Assembly (NCBI GenBank): GCA_036676395.1
Contig: JAKFCY010000003.1
Location: 320,001 to 384,000, forward strand
From: Bdellovibrio sp.
GTDB lineage: Bacteria; Bdellovibrionota; Bdellovibrionia; Bdellovibrionales; Bdellovibrionaceae
Direction: 5' to 3'
DNA: 64,000 nucleotides
Positions within the stretch are counted from its first letter, which is position 1. Each line of letters starts with the position of its first letter. The notes beneath the pieces were generated by a model, which saw only the letters and a list, made by a program, of their open reading frames with translations, was not told the DNA's origin and made no database searches. A program made the position numbers and the translations under genes. This document shows positions 39,570-51,270 of the stretch, piece by piece.

Positions 39570-40706
39570 TTAGAACGCAAATTGCGCCGCTGCGAAAATT
39601 ACAATTGAAGTTAAAATCGTGTTAGCCAACGCCCATGGAAGCATGGTTTTCCAACCAAGATCCATTAATTGGTCATATCTAAAACGCGGAAGAGTCCAGC
39701 GAACATGGATGAAGATCCAAAGCAGAATTAAGAATTTAACATTGTACATCAAGAAGTGAAGCACAGTGTTTAAAACATTCGTTAAATCAGCAGAGAAACC
39801 AAAAGAGGCTAACCAGTCATGAACGCCCTGAACCGTTGTCCACGGAATGTTGTACCCACCTAAAAAGAAAGTCGCAAACAAACCAGAAGCAATCATCATG
39901 TGACCGTACTCGCCAATGAAGAACATTAACATTTTAAAGCCGCCGTACTCAGTGTGGAATCCGGCAACCAACTCTGCTTCGCCTTCAGCCAAGTCGAAAG
40001 GTAAACGATTTGATTCGGCAAAAGCTGCTGCAAAGAAAATTAAAGCGCCAAGCGGTTGAAAGAAAATTCCCCAGTTGGGTAGCGGCATTGTTAGGGTGCT
40101 GCCAAATCCGTTGAACGTTAAAAAACCTTGTTGCTGGGCAATCATCTCGCTTAGGTTAAACGTTCCGTAAGTCATGATCACGCCAACGATCGAAAGACCC
40201 AGCGCTAATTCGTAAGAAATAATTTGAGCTGATGCGCGCATCGCTCCCATTAAGGCAAACTTACTTCCCGAGCCCCAGCCCGCCATCAAAATAGTGTATG
40301 CTGCCAAAGACGAAACACCTAAAATGAAAACGATACCGACGTTAACTTCAAAACCTTGAATTAAAAATTTTGAATCGCCGATAAGAAGTGGCGTCGACAT
40401 TGGAATCGCCATGTAAGCAATTGAAGCCGGAATTAAAGCAAAAATCGGAGCCGCATAGAATAAATATTTATTGCCTTTATCTGGTACGAAATCTTCTTTA
40501 GTTAAGAATTTTACGGCATCTGCAAGAAGCTGCATTAAACCCAAGGGCCCGATACGATTTGGACCAAAACGATTTTGAATAAACGCAGACCCGCGACGCT
40601 CGACCCAAACTAAAATTGGAACAAGCTGAACCATCATTAAGAAAACTAAAACAGTTTTCACGACGTTGATTGTAATTTCAAAAGGAGTACTTCCCATATC
40701 CATCAT
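39570..40706 (-). CDS. nuoH: NADH-quinone oxidoreductase subunit H
   Basis: ERR..A.IQ.R.GPNR, AQIISYE, NRLPFDLAEGEAELVAGFHTEY, PRFRYDQLM. Confidence 0.95.
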   Translation of the reverse strand: MMDMGSTPFEITINVVKTVLVFLMMVQLVPILVWVERRGSAFIQNRFGPNRIGPLGLMQLLADAVKFLTKEDFVPDKGNKYLFYAAPIFALIPASIAYMAIPMSTPLLIGDSKFLIQGFEVNVGIVFILGVSSLAAYTILMAGWGSGSKFALMGAMRASAQIISYELALGLSIVGVIMTYGTFNLSEMIAQQQGFLTFNGFGSTLTMPLPNWGIFFQPLGALIFFAAAFAESNRLPFDLAEGEAELVAGFHTEYGGFKMLMFFIGEYGHMMIASGLFATFFLGGYNIPWTTVQGVHDWLASFGFSADLTNVLNTVLHFLMYNVKFLILLWIFIHVRWTLPRFRYDQLMDLGWKTMLPWALANTILTSIVIFAAAQFAF

Positions 40707-40719
40707 AAATTAGTTTCCT

Positions 40720-41091
40720 TTAGTCCCACTCAAGAGCTTTAGATTTGATTTCCCACCATAGACCGAAAATGAAAATCGCTAAGAAGATTGCCATTGATCC
40801 AAAAACAAAAGGCCCGGCGCCCGAGTGAATAAACTCTTTGAAACCAACTGCCCATGGGTACATAAAAATAATTTCGATATCGAACAGAATGAACAAGATC
40901 GCCGTTAAGTAAAACTTAACAGAAATTTTAGTGTCCTTTTTTTCTTGTTCTGGAATACCACATTCGTAGATTTCCATTTTAGCTTCGCTAGTGCGTTTTG
41001 CGCGGCCACCCGTCCAACGTGCTAGGTAAATTAAAATTACCCCAAACACACCGATGAAAAGCGTGATAAAAATGATCCCACCTAAAGGCAT
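40720..41091 (-). CDS. nuoA: NADH-quinone oxidoreductase subunit A
   Basis: YECG, FYLTAILFILFDIE, ALEWD. Confidence 0.95.
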   Translation of the reverse strand: MPLGGIIFITLFIGVFGVILIYLARWTGGRAKRTSEAKMEIYECGIPEQEKKDTKISVKFYLTAILFILFDIEIIFMYPWAVGFKEFIHSGAGPFVFGSMAIFLAIFIFGLWWEIKSKALEWD

Positions 41092-41272
41092 CTTGCCTCC
41101 TTATTTTAATGAATAGTTTTAACTACTTAGTTATACAAAGCGTTCAGTTAAAAACCAAATGAAAAAGCTCAGATTTGGACTGCCAAATTATTGTTTCGCG
41201 AATGGTGTTTCGTGGATGACGAAAGAATATTTTTTTGGCAACATCCAAAAAGTTTTTAGGAAGATCATCAAA

Positions 41273-44200
41273 GTGAATAGTCAGTATCAACTGCGTTTAG
41301 AAGAAATTATTCTTCGCGCGGCCAACAAAAAGAAAGAATTGTTTAATATTGTCGGCACTCAGTCGTCGACAGCTATTTCTTTTTTGTTGTCACAACATTT
41401 TTCTATACATTTCAATGGCTTGCCGACACTTGTCGTAGTTTCAAGTTTAGATGATGCCGAACTATTTGCTAAGCAAATGAGCTTTTTTTCTAATGAATAT
41501 CGCTGCCATATCTTAAAACATTTTGATGTTCAGCCTTATTCAGGTCTTTACCCATCGCCTTCGGCTTCGTGGGATCGATCAAAATTTTTGTATTGGGCTA
41601 ATCAACCAAACGCTGAAAAAAACAACATCTTTATCGCACCCATCTCGGCCCTTCAACAAAAGTCAGCTCCGTTTAATCAATTCAGCAAACGCTGTCGTGC
41701 TATTAAATCTGGCGACGAGTTGCCGACAAACTTAGCCGAATATTTTCATGATTTAGGTTATCAACCAGCTCCAGTGGTTGAAGATCGCGGCCAATACAGT
41801 ATCCGCGGCGGTATTGTCGATATTTTTTCAGTGGCCGAAGAAAAGCCTATCCGTTTAGAGCTGTTCGGGGATCAGGTTGAAACCCTAAGATATTTTTCTC
41901 ATATTTCTCAATTAAGCGAAGATGTGACGAGGGTTTTAAATTTAGCGCCGGTGTTTGAATATCAACTTGATGACGACAATTTAGAATCTGTTGTTAAAAA
42001 GTTTCGTAAACAATTAGAGGGCCGTCCTGTTGCACATGCTGAGCGTGATGAATTGCTTCGCGAATTAACGCAAAAAACTTTGTTTCCAGGCGCTGAATAT
42101 CTTTTGCCTTACAGCTATGATTCGTTAGTTTCACCACTTGAGCACTTTTCTTCAGGGTTAAATGTGATCATGCTTGATCCTGTCGAGGTGGCCAGAAAAG
42201 CTGACGAATTCTATCAAGAGGTTGTTGCTGATTACCGCGCAGCTGAAACCACGTTGTTTAAGCCAGAAATTGAAGAGTTGTATTTTTCATTTGATAAAGT
42301 TGTTTATCCCGAAGGTTCGCAAACAATTCAATTTTCTAATTTAGCTTTTTTAACTGATGAATCTTTTACTGAAGAGCGTATCGAATACAAATCAAGCCCA
42401 CTGACTGAGTTTACCCAGTTGGCGCACAATAAAACTCCGGGATCTACCGAGTGGGTTTCTGTGGCCGCGCCAAAATTGCAATTATGGCGCAAAGATAAAT
42501 TTAAAATATTCATTTCTTATAAAAACCAAACTCAGCTTGATCGTTTAAAAAATTTATTGGATCGCTTAGAAGTTAGTTTTGAAGTCGCACCTAGCTCGGG
42601 CTCTGCAAGTTATGATTGGGATAAATGGTTAAGCTATTTAGACCAGGCTAATCAGCCGGCCGTGTTAATTCCGCGTGATCTTGGCGAAACGGTGTTGTTA
42701 CACGAAGAACAAATTGTATTCTTGCGTGCCGATGATTTTTTCGGGCGCAAACAACGAGCGGCGACACAAAGCTCTTACGAAGAGTTTTCTAAAAATGCTA
42801 AGCGCTTAAGTTTCGGAGATTTAAAACCTAGTGATTTAGTAGTGCACGTAAAACATGGCGTTGGTATTTATGAAGGCTTAAAGCTGATGAATGTAGGCGG
42901 TATCGAGTCTGAATTCATTCAGGTCGCCTACAAAGACAAAGATAAATTATATCTTCCTGTCTACCGCGTTGGCCAATTGCAAAAGTTTTCTGGCGCTTCG
43001 CAAACCACGATCTTAGACAAACTTGGCGGCACTGGTTGGGAAAAAACCACCAGTAAAGTTAAAAAACATTTACGCGATATTGCGGCTGAATTGTTACAGC
43101 TTTATGCAAAGCGCGCCGAAATCACACGCTTTCCTTTAATATTAGATGAAGTGGCTTACGGCCAGTTCGAGCGAGCCTTTCCATACGATGAAACGATAGA
43201 TCAATTGCGAGCGATCAATGAAATTCAAAAAGATTTTCACAGTGATCATCCAATGGATCGTTTAGTTTGTGGTGATGTGGGCTTTGGTAAAACCGAAGTT
43301 TCTATGCGTGCGGCATTTCAAGCTGTGGCCAACAAAAAGCAAGTGGCCGTGCTTGCACCGACAACAGTTTTAACATTTCAGCATTTAGAGACATTTAAAA
43401 AACGATTCGCGGGATTTAACTATGAAATCAGATCTTTAAATCGATTTGTTTCTACAGCTGATCAGAAAAAAACTTTAGCCGAACTGAAAGATGGTAAGGT
43501 CGACATAATTATCGGTACGCACCGCTTATTTAGTAAAGATGTTGTCTATAAAGATTTAGGTTTATTAATTATCGATGAAGAACAAAAGTTCGGCGTATTA
43601 CATAAAGAAAAAATCAAAAAATTTAAAACTAATGTTGATACGTTAACTTTGTCGGCAACACCGATTCCAAGAACTTTAAACATGAGCTTTACCGGCGTGC
43701 GCGATTTATCAATTATCAACACTCCGCCAGTAGACCGTTTGCCGACAAGAACATTTGTTTCAAAATTTGATACTGAACTTATTCGCAAAGGCATTACGGC
43801 TGAAATCGCTCGCGGCGGACAAGTTTATTTTATTCATAATCGCGTGCAATCTATTTACGGCATCGCAGACGAATTGCGGCAAATTCTTCCAGATGCACGC
43901 ATGAAAGTGGCTCACGGCCAAATGGCCGAAGAAGATCTTGAAGCTGCAATGCTTGCTTTTTTTAATCACGAAATCGATGTTCTAATTTGTACTTCAATTG
44001 TTGAATCGGGAATGGATGTTCCACGCGCCAACACTATGTTTATTGATCAAGCGCATATGTTTGGTCTATCGCAGCTTTATCAGCTGCGTGGACGCGTAGG
44101 CCGCAGCAAAGCGCGCGCTTATTGTTATTTATTAATGCCTAAAGACAAACGCATTGAAAAAGTTGCGCAAGAGCGGCTTAAAATTATTCAAGACAACTCT

Positions 44201-44806
44201 GCATTAGGTTCAGGAATCAAAATTGCGCAGTACGATTTAGAATTGCGCGGAGCCGGTAATATTTTAGGTGACGATCAATCTGGGCATGTAAATTCAGTTG
44301 GTTACGAAATGTATATGGATTTGTTAAACGAAGCTCTTGCCGAAGCAAAAGGTGAAAACACACCTGATGCTGAACTGGATCCAGAAATTAATTTACGTAT
44401 TCCTGCGCTTATTCCTGATAACTACATTAAAGATATTCGCATCAGACTAAGTTATTACAAAGCTTTAGCAGATATCAAATCTCAAGAAGACTTAGACCAA
44501 ATCGAAGCCGAATTAAAAGATCAGTTTGGCGAATTGCCAGAGCCCGTAGTTAATTTAATGGGTTTAATGCTGATTCGTCGCCAATGTAAAAATTTAGGCG
44601 TGCGCGATATCAGTGGCGGGTTAAAAACTGTGTCTCTGGTATTCACCGAACAAACTAAATTAAAACCGCAGACGGCAATTCAATTAGCTATGCGTGAAAA
44701 TAAAAAATATTCAATCACGCCAGATCAGCGTTTAAATGTGCGCATGAACACCATTACTTGGTCTGCAGTTTATGAAGAGCTACAGTATTTGTTAAGTCTT
44801 GTTTAA
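41273..44806 (+). CDS. mfd: transcription-repair coupling factor
   Basis: RGGIVDIF, VVHVKHGVG, MDRLVCGDVGFGKTEV, DEEQKFG, QLRGRVGRS, DLELRGAG. Likely start is GTG at 41273 after AGGAAG rather than 41159. Confidence 0.95.
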   Translation: MNSQYQLRLEEIILRAANKKKELFNIVGTQSSTAISFLLSQHFSIHFNGLPTLVVVSSLDDAELFAKQMSFFSNEYRCHILKHFDVQPYSGLYPSPSASWDRSKFLYWANQPNAEKNNIFIAPISALQQKSAPFNQFSKRCRAIKSGDELPTNLAEYFHDLGYQPAPVVEDRGQYSIRGGIVDIFSVAEEKPIRLELFGDQVETLRYFSHISQLSEDVTRVLNLAPVFEYQLDDDNLESVVKKFRKQLEGRPVAHAERDELLRELTQKTLFPGAEYLLPYSYDSLVSPLEHFSSGLNVIMLDPVEVARKADEFYQEVVADYRAAETTLFKPEIEELYFSFDKVVYPEGSQTIQFSNLAFLTDESFTEERIEYKSSPLTEFTQLAHNKTPGSTEWVSVAAPKLQLWRKDKFKIFISYKNQTQLDRLKNLLDRLEVSFEVAPSSGSASYDWDKWLSYLDQANQPAVLIPRDLGETVLLHEEQIVFLRADDFFGRKQRAATQSSYEEFSKNAKRLSFGDLKPSDLVVHVKHGVGIYEGLKLMNVGGIESEFIQVAYKDKDKLYLPVYRVGQLQKFSGASQTTILDKLGGTGWEKTTSKVKKHLRDIAAELLQLYAKRAEITRFPLILDEVAYGQFERAFPYDETIDQLRAINEIQKDFHSDHPMDRLVCGDVGFGKTEVSMRAAFQAVANKKQVAVLAPTTVLTFQHLETFKKRFAGFNYEIRSLNRFVSTADQKKTLAELKDGKVDIIIGTHRLFSKDVVYKDLGLLIIDEEQKFGVLHKEKIKKFKTNVDTLTLSATPIPRTLNMSFTGVRDLSIINTPPVDRLPTRTFVSKFDTELIRKGITAEIARGGQVYFIHNRVQSIYGIADELRQILPDARMKVAHGQMAEEDLEAAMLAFFNHEIDVLICTSIVESGMDVPRANTMFIDQAHMFGLSQLYQLRGRVGRSKARAYCYLLMPKDKRIEKVAQERLKIIQDNSALGSGIKIAQYDLELRGAGNILGDDQSGHVNSVGYEMYMDLLNEALAEAKGENTPDAELDPEINLRIPALIPDNYIKDIRIRLSYYKALADIKSQEDLDQIEAELKDQFGELPEPVVNLMGLMLIRRQCKNLGVRDISGGLKTVSLVFTEQTKLKPQTAIQLAMRENKKYSITPDQRLNVRMNTITWSAVYEELQYLLSLV

Positions 44807-44887
44807 TACGAAAGTCCAGAAGTTTTACCCCAGCTAAACTGTTTATCCCTGCAAACCGAATAGCTGTTTAATGAACAAGGGGAACTT

Positions 44888-45556
44888 ATGAAATTTACTG
44901 TCATTTTCACTATCTTATTTAGCCCTGCTTTCACTTTTGCTGCAGAAAAACTTGCACCATCTGATGCGCCAGCAAATTTTTCAGATAAATATAATGGCTC
45001 TTTAAAACTTTCTCAAACTTACTCTGCTTCTGAATATAATTCTAGCGTCATTAACTTTAAACAATTAAGAATTAAGCCCGGGACTGGTTCACTTATGGTT
45101 AAACAGGATACAAAAGATGAACAGCAGGCGGCTAAGATTGTTAAGGGATCTTGTAGTTTAACTATCCCAACAAAAAATAGCGTTGAAGTTACAAATACTA
45201 AACTTTGGAAAAGATCAACGGTAATTCTGAGTGATTCAGTAATTCGCGAAATTTATGTTGTCGCAAATGGAGCTGACAGTGTTTTTATGCACCTAAGATG
45301 TTTACACCCTAATCCTAAAGAGTGTAACCCAGACACAGCTTCTTACACGGCTTGCTCAAAAAAACACAAAACAGAACTCATCGAACAGTTAAAACAATTT
45401 AGCATCGAAAATCGTTTAGAAACCCAAATTTACGAATCAACTGCGCAAAAAAATGCTCGTTATCAGAAAAGTCTTAAAGAAGCTGAAGCTTCAAAGTTTA
45501 TTAAAATTCGCCACACGGTACCAGCTAAACCTTTACCGCGCGCAACAAGCATTTAA
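44888..45556 (+). CDS. secreted hypothetical protein
   Basis: Signal peptide (..PAFTFA), GGGGA RBS, four Cys; no recognised family. Confidence 0.65.
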   Translation: MKFTVIFTILFSPAFTFAAEKLAPSDAPANFSDKYNGSLKLSQTYSASEYNSSVINFKQLRIKPGTGSLMVKQDTKDEQQAAKIVKGSCSLTIPTKNSVEVTNTKLWKRSTVILSDSVIREIYVVANGADSVFMHLRCLHPNPKECNPDTASYTACSKKHKTELIEQLKQFSIENRLETQIYESTAQKNARYQKSLKEAEASKFIKIRHTVPAKPLPRATSI

Positions 45557-45582
45557 TTTTCAGGGTATATAATTTCGATATC

Positions 45583-46362
45583 TTAGTTTGATTTTAGTTT
45601 TAATAGCTCTACAACATTACGACTTGATGAAAAATTTAATCTAACCACTTGGCCTTCGTTACCAATGTTGCCAACCAATTTATTATTACGATAAATTTCA
45701 TAATTAAATTTACGATCAAGCGCTTGCAACATCGATTCAACACACGGAAGCGTGTCTTGATTAAAATAATCCATTTTTAAATAATTGATAAAGGCATCGT
45801 CTGATAATTTTTCAGAAATTTGCGCAAGTGTTAGCTGAAAACCTAACTGCCCCTCGTAAATTGCATCCATCGCATAATGCACATTTAAAATACCTTTAGT
45901 TTCTGAAAGTGCAATCACCGAGCGTGCCGTTTGACAGGCGCAAATCGTGAAATTTCCTCCCGCAATTACGACATCACTTCCACGCATTACTATGCGGTGC
46001 GAATCTCCTTGAAAGGGGTATAGGTTGTCTGCAGTTACACCCTTTGGAAAATAATTAGCTGTTAATTTTTGGCTGCGATCTTGTAAATCCGCCATATAGA
46101 GATACGGCAGATTTTTACCGGCAAAATATTGCACTAACTTTTCGGTACCACTCCAGGTCAGGCGCTGATTATCCCAGTACTGTGAATTATGCGTTATTAG
46201 CAGCAGCTGTGACTGCTCAACCGTTCTAGGCGGATATGGAAAGCTATCCATAAATTCGACTTTAAAACTACGACCACCAGAATTAAATATCTGTTCAACC
46301 ACTTCGCCAGCAGATGATATTTGCACAAACATAAAAGTAATCAATAAAGCCAATGTTTTCAC
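45583..46362 (-). CDS. secreted protein, possible divergent cysteine-hydrolase (isochorismatase-like) fold
   Basis: Signal peptide; VVIAGGNFTICACQTARSVI...NVHYAMDAI resembles G..T..CV..TA....V.V..DA. Confidence 0.55.
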   Translation of the reverse strand: MKTLALLITFMFVQISSAGEVVEQIFNSGGRSFKVEFMDSFPYPPRTVEQSQLLLITHNSQYWDNQRLTWSGTEKLVQYFAGKNLPYLYMADLQDRSQKLTANYFPKGVTADNLYPFQGDSHRIVMRGSDVVIAGGNFTICACQTARSVIALSETKGILNVHYAMDAIYEGQLGFQLTLAQISEKLSDDAFINYLKMDYFNQDTLPCVESMLQALDRKFNYEIYRNNKLVGNIGNEGQVVRLNFSSSRNVVELLKLKSN

Positions 46363-46434
46363 AGAGAGCCTTTATAACATATTTTTTATGATTCTAAGGG
46401 ATTACTTGGGCTACTGTGTCTGGCTATGAAATAA

Positions 46435-47223
46435 TTACTGCTCTGGGTATACAATCTGTATATCGGCCATACGATCTTTTTTGCTTTTTTTGACTCGCGC
46501 CTTGCGCCCAGCTTTAACTATTAAAGGTTTCTCGTCTGCGCCGTCATCAAGGGCTGCGATGTTCTTGCTCTTGGATTTCTTGGCTGCAACTTTGCGAACA
46601 CTGCCTTTTTTAAGCTTCACCAGACGAATTTTTACTTGTCCTTTTTGTACAGATACATTTTCGTCAGTGTCCGCCGGTTCGCCATTTAGTTCTGCGAGCG
46701 CCTGATTTAAATCTACAGAATATTTAGTGCCGACCGGAGTTATCTCAATCGAACTCGTTGCGACTTCAAAATTTTCTTCGCTAGCTTTACAGTCTTTTTC
46801 GCGGGCTTTATGGTCAGATGAAAAAGTCGCTTTGCCGCTGTGTAATTCAAAACTTAAATGACAAATTTTTTCATCGAGAGATTTGTTATACCGTAAAATT
46901 TTAATCGCGGTCTTTGGTAAAAGTTCAATCATTTGACCCGTTGAAGGAATATAAACTTTAGCTTTGTCTGTACTTGCTGTAATCGTCATGCCCGGAGTTA
47001 AGACCATATTGTCGTCAATTTTAACGTCTTCACCTTTTTCGTTTTTAACTACTAGAAAGGGTGCACCACTGATCAAAGGCTTAGGTAAATACGCTGTGGC
47101 CGGCGCTTCTGTTTGTTGAGCTATTTGCAGTAAATTTTGCATAGACGAATTGCTCTGCAAACCGCAGGCTATCGCCTCGTTCGTAGAGGTTAACACATAC
47201 ATTAACACTAGCAATAGTCGCAT
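46435..47223 (-). CDS. secreted FecR-like beta-domain protein
   Basis: Signal peptide; IELLPKT.I, L.SGKA.F, FEVATSS.EI..VGTKY.V, VSVQKGQV; Lys-rich tail. Confidence 0.6.
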   Translation of the reverse strand: MRLLLVLMYVLTSTNEAIACGLQSNSSMQNLLQIAQQTEAPATAYLPKPLISGAPFLVVKNEKGEDVKIDDNMVLTPGMTITASTDKAKVYIPSTGQMIELLPKTAIKILRYNKSLDEKICHLSFELHSGKATFSSDHKAREKDCKASEENFEVATSSIEITPVGTKYSVDLNQALAELNGEPADTDENVSVQKGQVKIRLVKLKKGSVRKVAAKKSKSKNIAALDDGADEKPLIVKAGRKARVKKSKKDRMADIQIVYPEQ

Positions 47224-47234
47224 TAAAACCCTTA

Positions 47235-48017
47235 TCAGAACTCGAGCTTAAGTCCCATTCCAAGGCCAGAACTAGAAAGATTAGCTTCACCGTCATCAGA
47301 GCCTAAAGCTCCAACAATTGGATCTGGCTCTGCGTAAGCCGAATAACCAGAATAAAATATATCTAAATACGTATTTTCCAAACCAGAAGAGCGCAAGCCC
47401 TCGGTTGTCGTAGTCGGATCAATCCAATTTTCGATCCAGTTTAATTGTAACAACACGCCAAATTTATAGTGAGCATTTGGCTTGGCAATTAAGGTTTCAA
47501 TCACATTATCACTGCCGGTAAAACTGTTTTCTTCCCACTCGAGTTGGTGAATTCCGCCTTGCGCGTAGGGAACAATCCATGGCTCTGATGTTAAGTTATC
47601 TAAAGCAAAATTCAAATCAAGCTTTGTGATTCTAACGCTCGCACCATCTAGGTTTTGCGCCTCATTGGCAAAGGTGCCAGCGCCATAACCAAATAACGCA
47701 GAAACTGAACCTAAAGCAAAATTATATTTTACGCCGATTTCTGCACCTATAACCGGAATCGATTCGCCTTCAGAAATCTCTTCATAAGATTTGTTTTGAA
47801 TTACTGAAATATGCTCTTCAGGAAAGTAGCGTTCGTAATTAATTGAAAATAGCGCGCCAAAATCTTTACGTCGTTCTTTGTATGACGTCGTAAGATCTTG
47901 AATGCTTTCTACGGTAATTTCATCGCCACGCAATGGATCTGAATAATCTTGCGCGTTGGCATAGACGCCAAAAATTGTAACTCCGAAAAAAAGAACAGCT
48001 CTTTTTAGATAACTCAT
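47235..48017 (-). CDS. outer-membrane beta-barrel protein
   Basis: Signal peptide, alternating beta-strand pattern, WIVPYAQGG, C-terminal GLKLEF. Confidence 0.7.
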   Translation of the reverse strand: MSYLKRAVLFFGVTIFGVYANAQDYSDPLRGDEITVESIQDLTTSYKERRKDFGALFSINYERYFPEEHISVIQNKSYEEISEGESIPVIGAEIGVKYNFALGSVSALFGYGAGTFANEAQNLDGASVRITKLDLNFALDNLTSEPWIVPYAQGGIHQLEWEENSFTGSDNVIETLIAKPNAHYKFGVLLQLNWIENWIDPTTTTEGLRSSGLENTYLDIFYSGYSAYAEPDPIVGALGSDDGEANLSSSGLGMGLKLEF

Positions 48018-48205
48018 ACCTCTTCATTTTAGCTCTATTTGCTTATCGCTGTTTACAGTTTTATGAATTAAGCTTGAATAGCCCTTATAATAGAGACCAA
48101 GGTTTTAAGACCTACGTCTGTCAAAGTTATGTACAGTCATTACCTTATTACCCTGACAAATCTTGCTCATTTCGCATTTAAAACGCTTCCCGCATAATCA
48201 CCGAC

Positions 48206-49285
48206 ATGAAATACCCCAATTCATCAAAATTAAAATTCTTCTTCGCTGCTCTTTTGTCAACTCAAGCTATCGCCTCTGTGGCTATCGCGGCCTCTGACGA
48301 TATCACCATAAGTGCGATCGGCGATGTCATGATGGGAACAAACTTTCCGTCTGAAAAAATGATGCCCGCAGATCATGGAATGGGCTTGTTTGACCCTGCA
48401 AAACAATGGATTCAAGCGGCCGATGTTCGCTTTGCAAATTTAGAAGGAACTCTCTTTGACGGTGAACCTCAAGAAGACGGCAAAAAAACCGGCCCAAATC
48501 GTTATTTATTTCGTACGCCAACAATCATGGGTAAACGTTTAGTTGATGCCGGTTTTAATGTAATCTCTTTGGCAAATAATCACGTAAATGATTTTGGCAA
48601 AGCTGGTGTTGAATCGACTAAATCAACTTTAGCTACGCTAGGTTTACAATATTCATCTAAAGCTGGTGAAGTGGCTTTGTTGTCTGCCAAGGGTCACAAA
48701 ATTGCGTTGATCGCAACAGACTTCTATAAAGGCCGCAGAAGTATTAATAACCCACTTGCCGTCTATGAAGAGATTCGTAAATTAAAGGCAGCAGGTTATA
48801 TCGTTTTAGTTTCTTCACATGTTGGCGGTGAAGGCTCGACAGAAATTTCTTTAACTGGAAACGAAATGTATCTGGGTGAAAACCGCGGTGATTCGGTGAA
48901 GTTCGCCAGAACGGCAATTGATGCCGGAGCGGATTCAATCATTATGCATGGCCCACATGTTCCACGCGCGATCGAACTTTATAAAAAGAAATTAATTATT
49001 TACAGCTTAGGTAATTTTTTAACTGGGCAAGGAATCAACGTGAGCGGACTTTCTGGCCAAGCCCCTTTGATTCGTTACCAAATCAATGCCAACGGCGAGT
49101 TTATCGGCGGGCAGATTGTTTCGTTTATTCAAAAAAGAAGTCCCCAGCGTATTGAAATTGATAAGGCTGCGGGGGCTCTTAAAACCATCTACACGATGAC
49201 ACAAGAACAGCTTAACGGCGGTGGTATCGATTTCGAAAAAAACGGTGTGTTCCGCCCAATGGATGGCAACGCAAATCTTCCGTAG
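48206..49285 (+). CDS. CapA/PGA_cap-family metallophosphoesterase
   Basis: GDVMMG, ANLEG, SLANNH..DFG, H.GGE, GAD.I..HGPHV, YSLGNF. Confidence 0.9.
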   Translation: MKYPNSSKLKFFFAALLSTQAIASVAIAASDDITISAIGDVMMGTNFPSEKMMPADHGMGLFDPAKQWIQAADVRFANLEGTLFDGEPQEDGKKTGPNRYLFRTPTIMGKRLVDAGFNVISLANNHVNDFGKAGVESTKSTLATLGLQYSSKAGEVALLSAKGHKIALIATDFYKGRRSINNPLAVYEEIRKLKAAGYIVLVSSHVGGEGSTEISLTGNEMYLGENRGDSVKFARTAIDAGADSIIMHGPHVPRAIELYKKKLIIYSLGNFLTGQGINVSGLSGQAPLIRYQINANGEFIGGQIVSFIQKRSPQRIEIDKAAGALKTIYTMTQEQLNGGGIDFEKNGVFRPMDGNANLP

Positions 49286-49296
49286 TTTTTTCACAT

Positions 49297-49331
49297 AAAA
49301 AAAGACCAAGGATTTTCGCCCTTGGTCTTTT
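49297..49331. terminator. bidirectional intrinsic terminator (atp operon end)
   Basis: A7-GACCAAGG-attttcgc-CCTTGGTC-T4. Confidence 0.88.
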
Positions 49332-49353
49332 CAATAAGAATTTTAATTTCTTC

Positions 49354-49773
49354 TTAGTGGTGTCTGATATTTTCGTTAACCAGATCAATGCCCACTTGAG
49401 CTTTTTTAGCTTCGTTTAAAGTCTCTTCAAACTGTGCATCAGTTAAATTTTCTTTTGTTAACTTAGCATTCGCTTCAACAACTTTAGCTTTTGCAACCTC
49501 TTCAGAAATCTCTTCTTTTAATTGAATTGATTCTGTAAGGATGTTTACACCTTCAGGATTTACTTCGCAGTAACCAGAGCTGATAACGGCTTTAAATACC
49601 GCGCCAGTTTCTTTAACTTTGAATTTTAAAATCCCAGTGCCAAGGTTTGCAATCATCGGAACGTGCCCAGGTAAAATATCAACTTCACCTGAGATCGTTG
49701 GGATAACGGCTTCTGTGATCTCTTGATCAACAACAACCTTTTTTTCTGGAGTTAATAGGTTTAGTTTAAACAT
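49354..49773 (-). CDS. atpC: ATP synthase F1 epsilon
   Basis: LTPEK, GEVDILPGHVP, ISSGY.EV. Confidence 0.95.
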   Translation of the reverse strand: MFKLNLLTPEKKVVVDQEITEAVIPTISGEVDILPGHVPMIANLGTGILKFKVKETGAVFKAVISSGYCEVNPEGVNILTESIQLKEEISEEVAKAKVVEANAKLTKENLTDAQFEETLNEAKKAQVGIDLVNENIRHH

Positions 49774-49776
49774 AAA

Positions 49777-51222
<1,446 letters not shown>

Positions 51223-51227
51223 CTAAA

Positions 51228-51270
51228 TTATTTAATCGCTTCCGCGGTCGATCTACTTGATCGCCTCGGC
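51228..51270 (-). repeat. synonymous direct duplication of the last six atpG codons
   Basis: GCC GAG GCG ATC AAG TAG, then atcgacc, then GCG GAA GCG ATT AAA TAA; both copies read A-E-A-I-K-stop. Confidence 0.8.

Noticed and set aside
41159..41272. 38-aa N-terminal extension of Mfd
   Set aside because: Probably the divergent promoter region; a GTG with an RBS at 41273 is the better start.
44017..44032. parS-like half-sites TGTTCCACG (also near 48958 and 60421)
   Set aside because: The second half does not match; they lie in coding sequence and are explained by codons.
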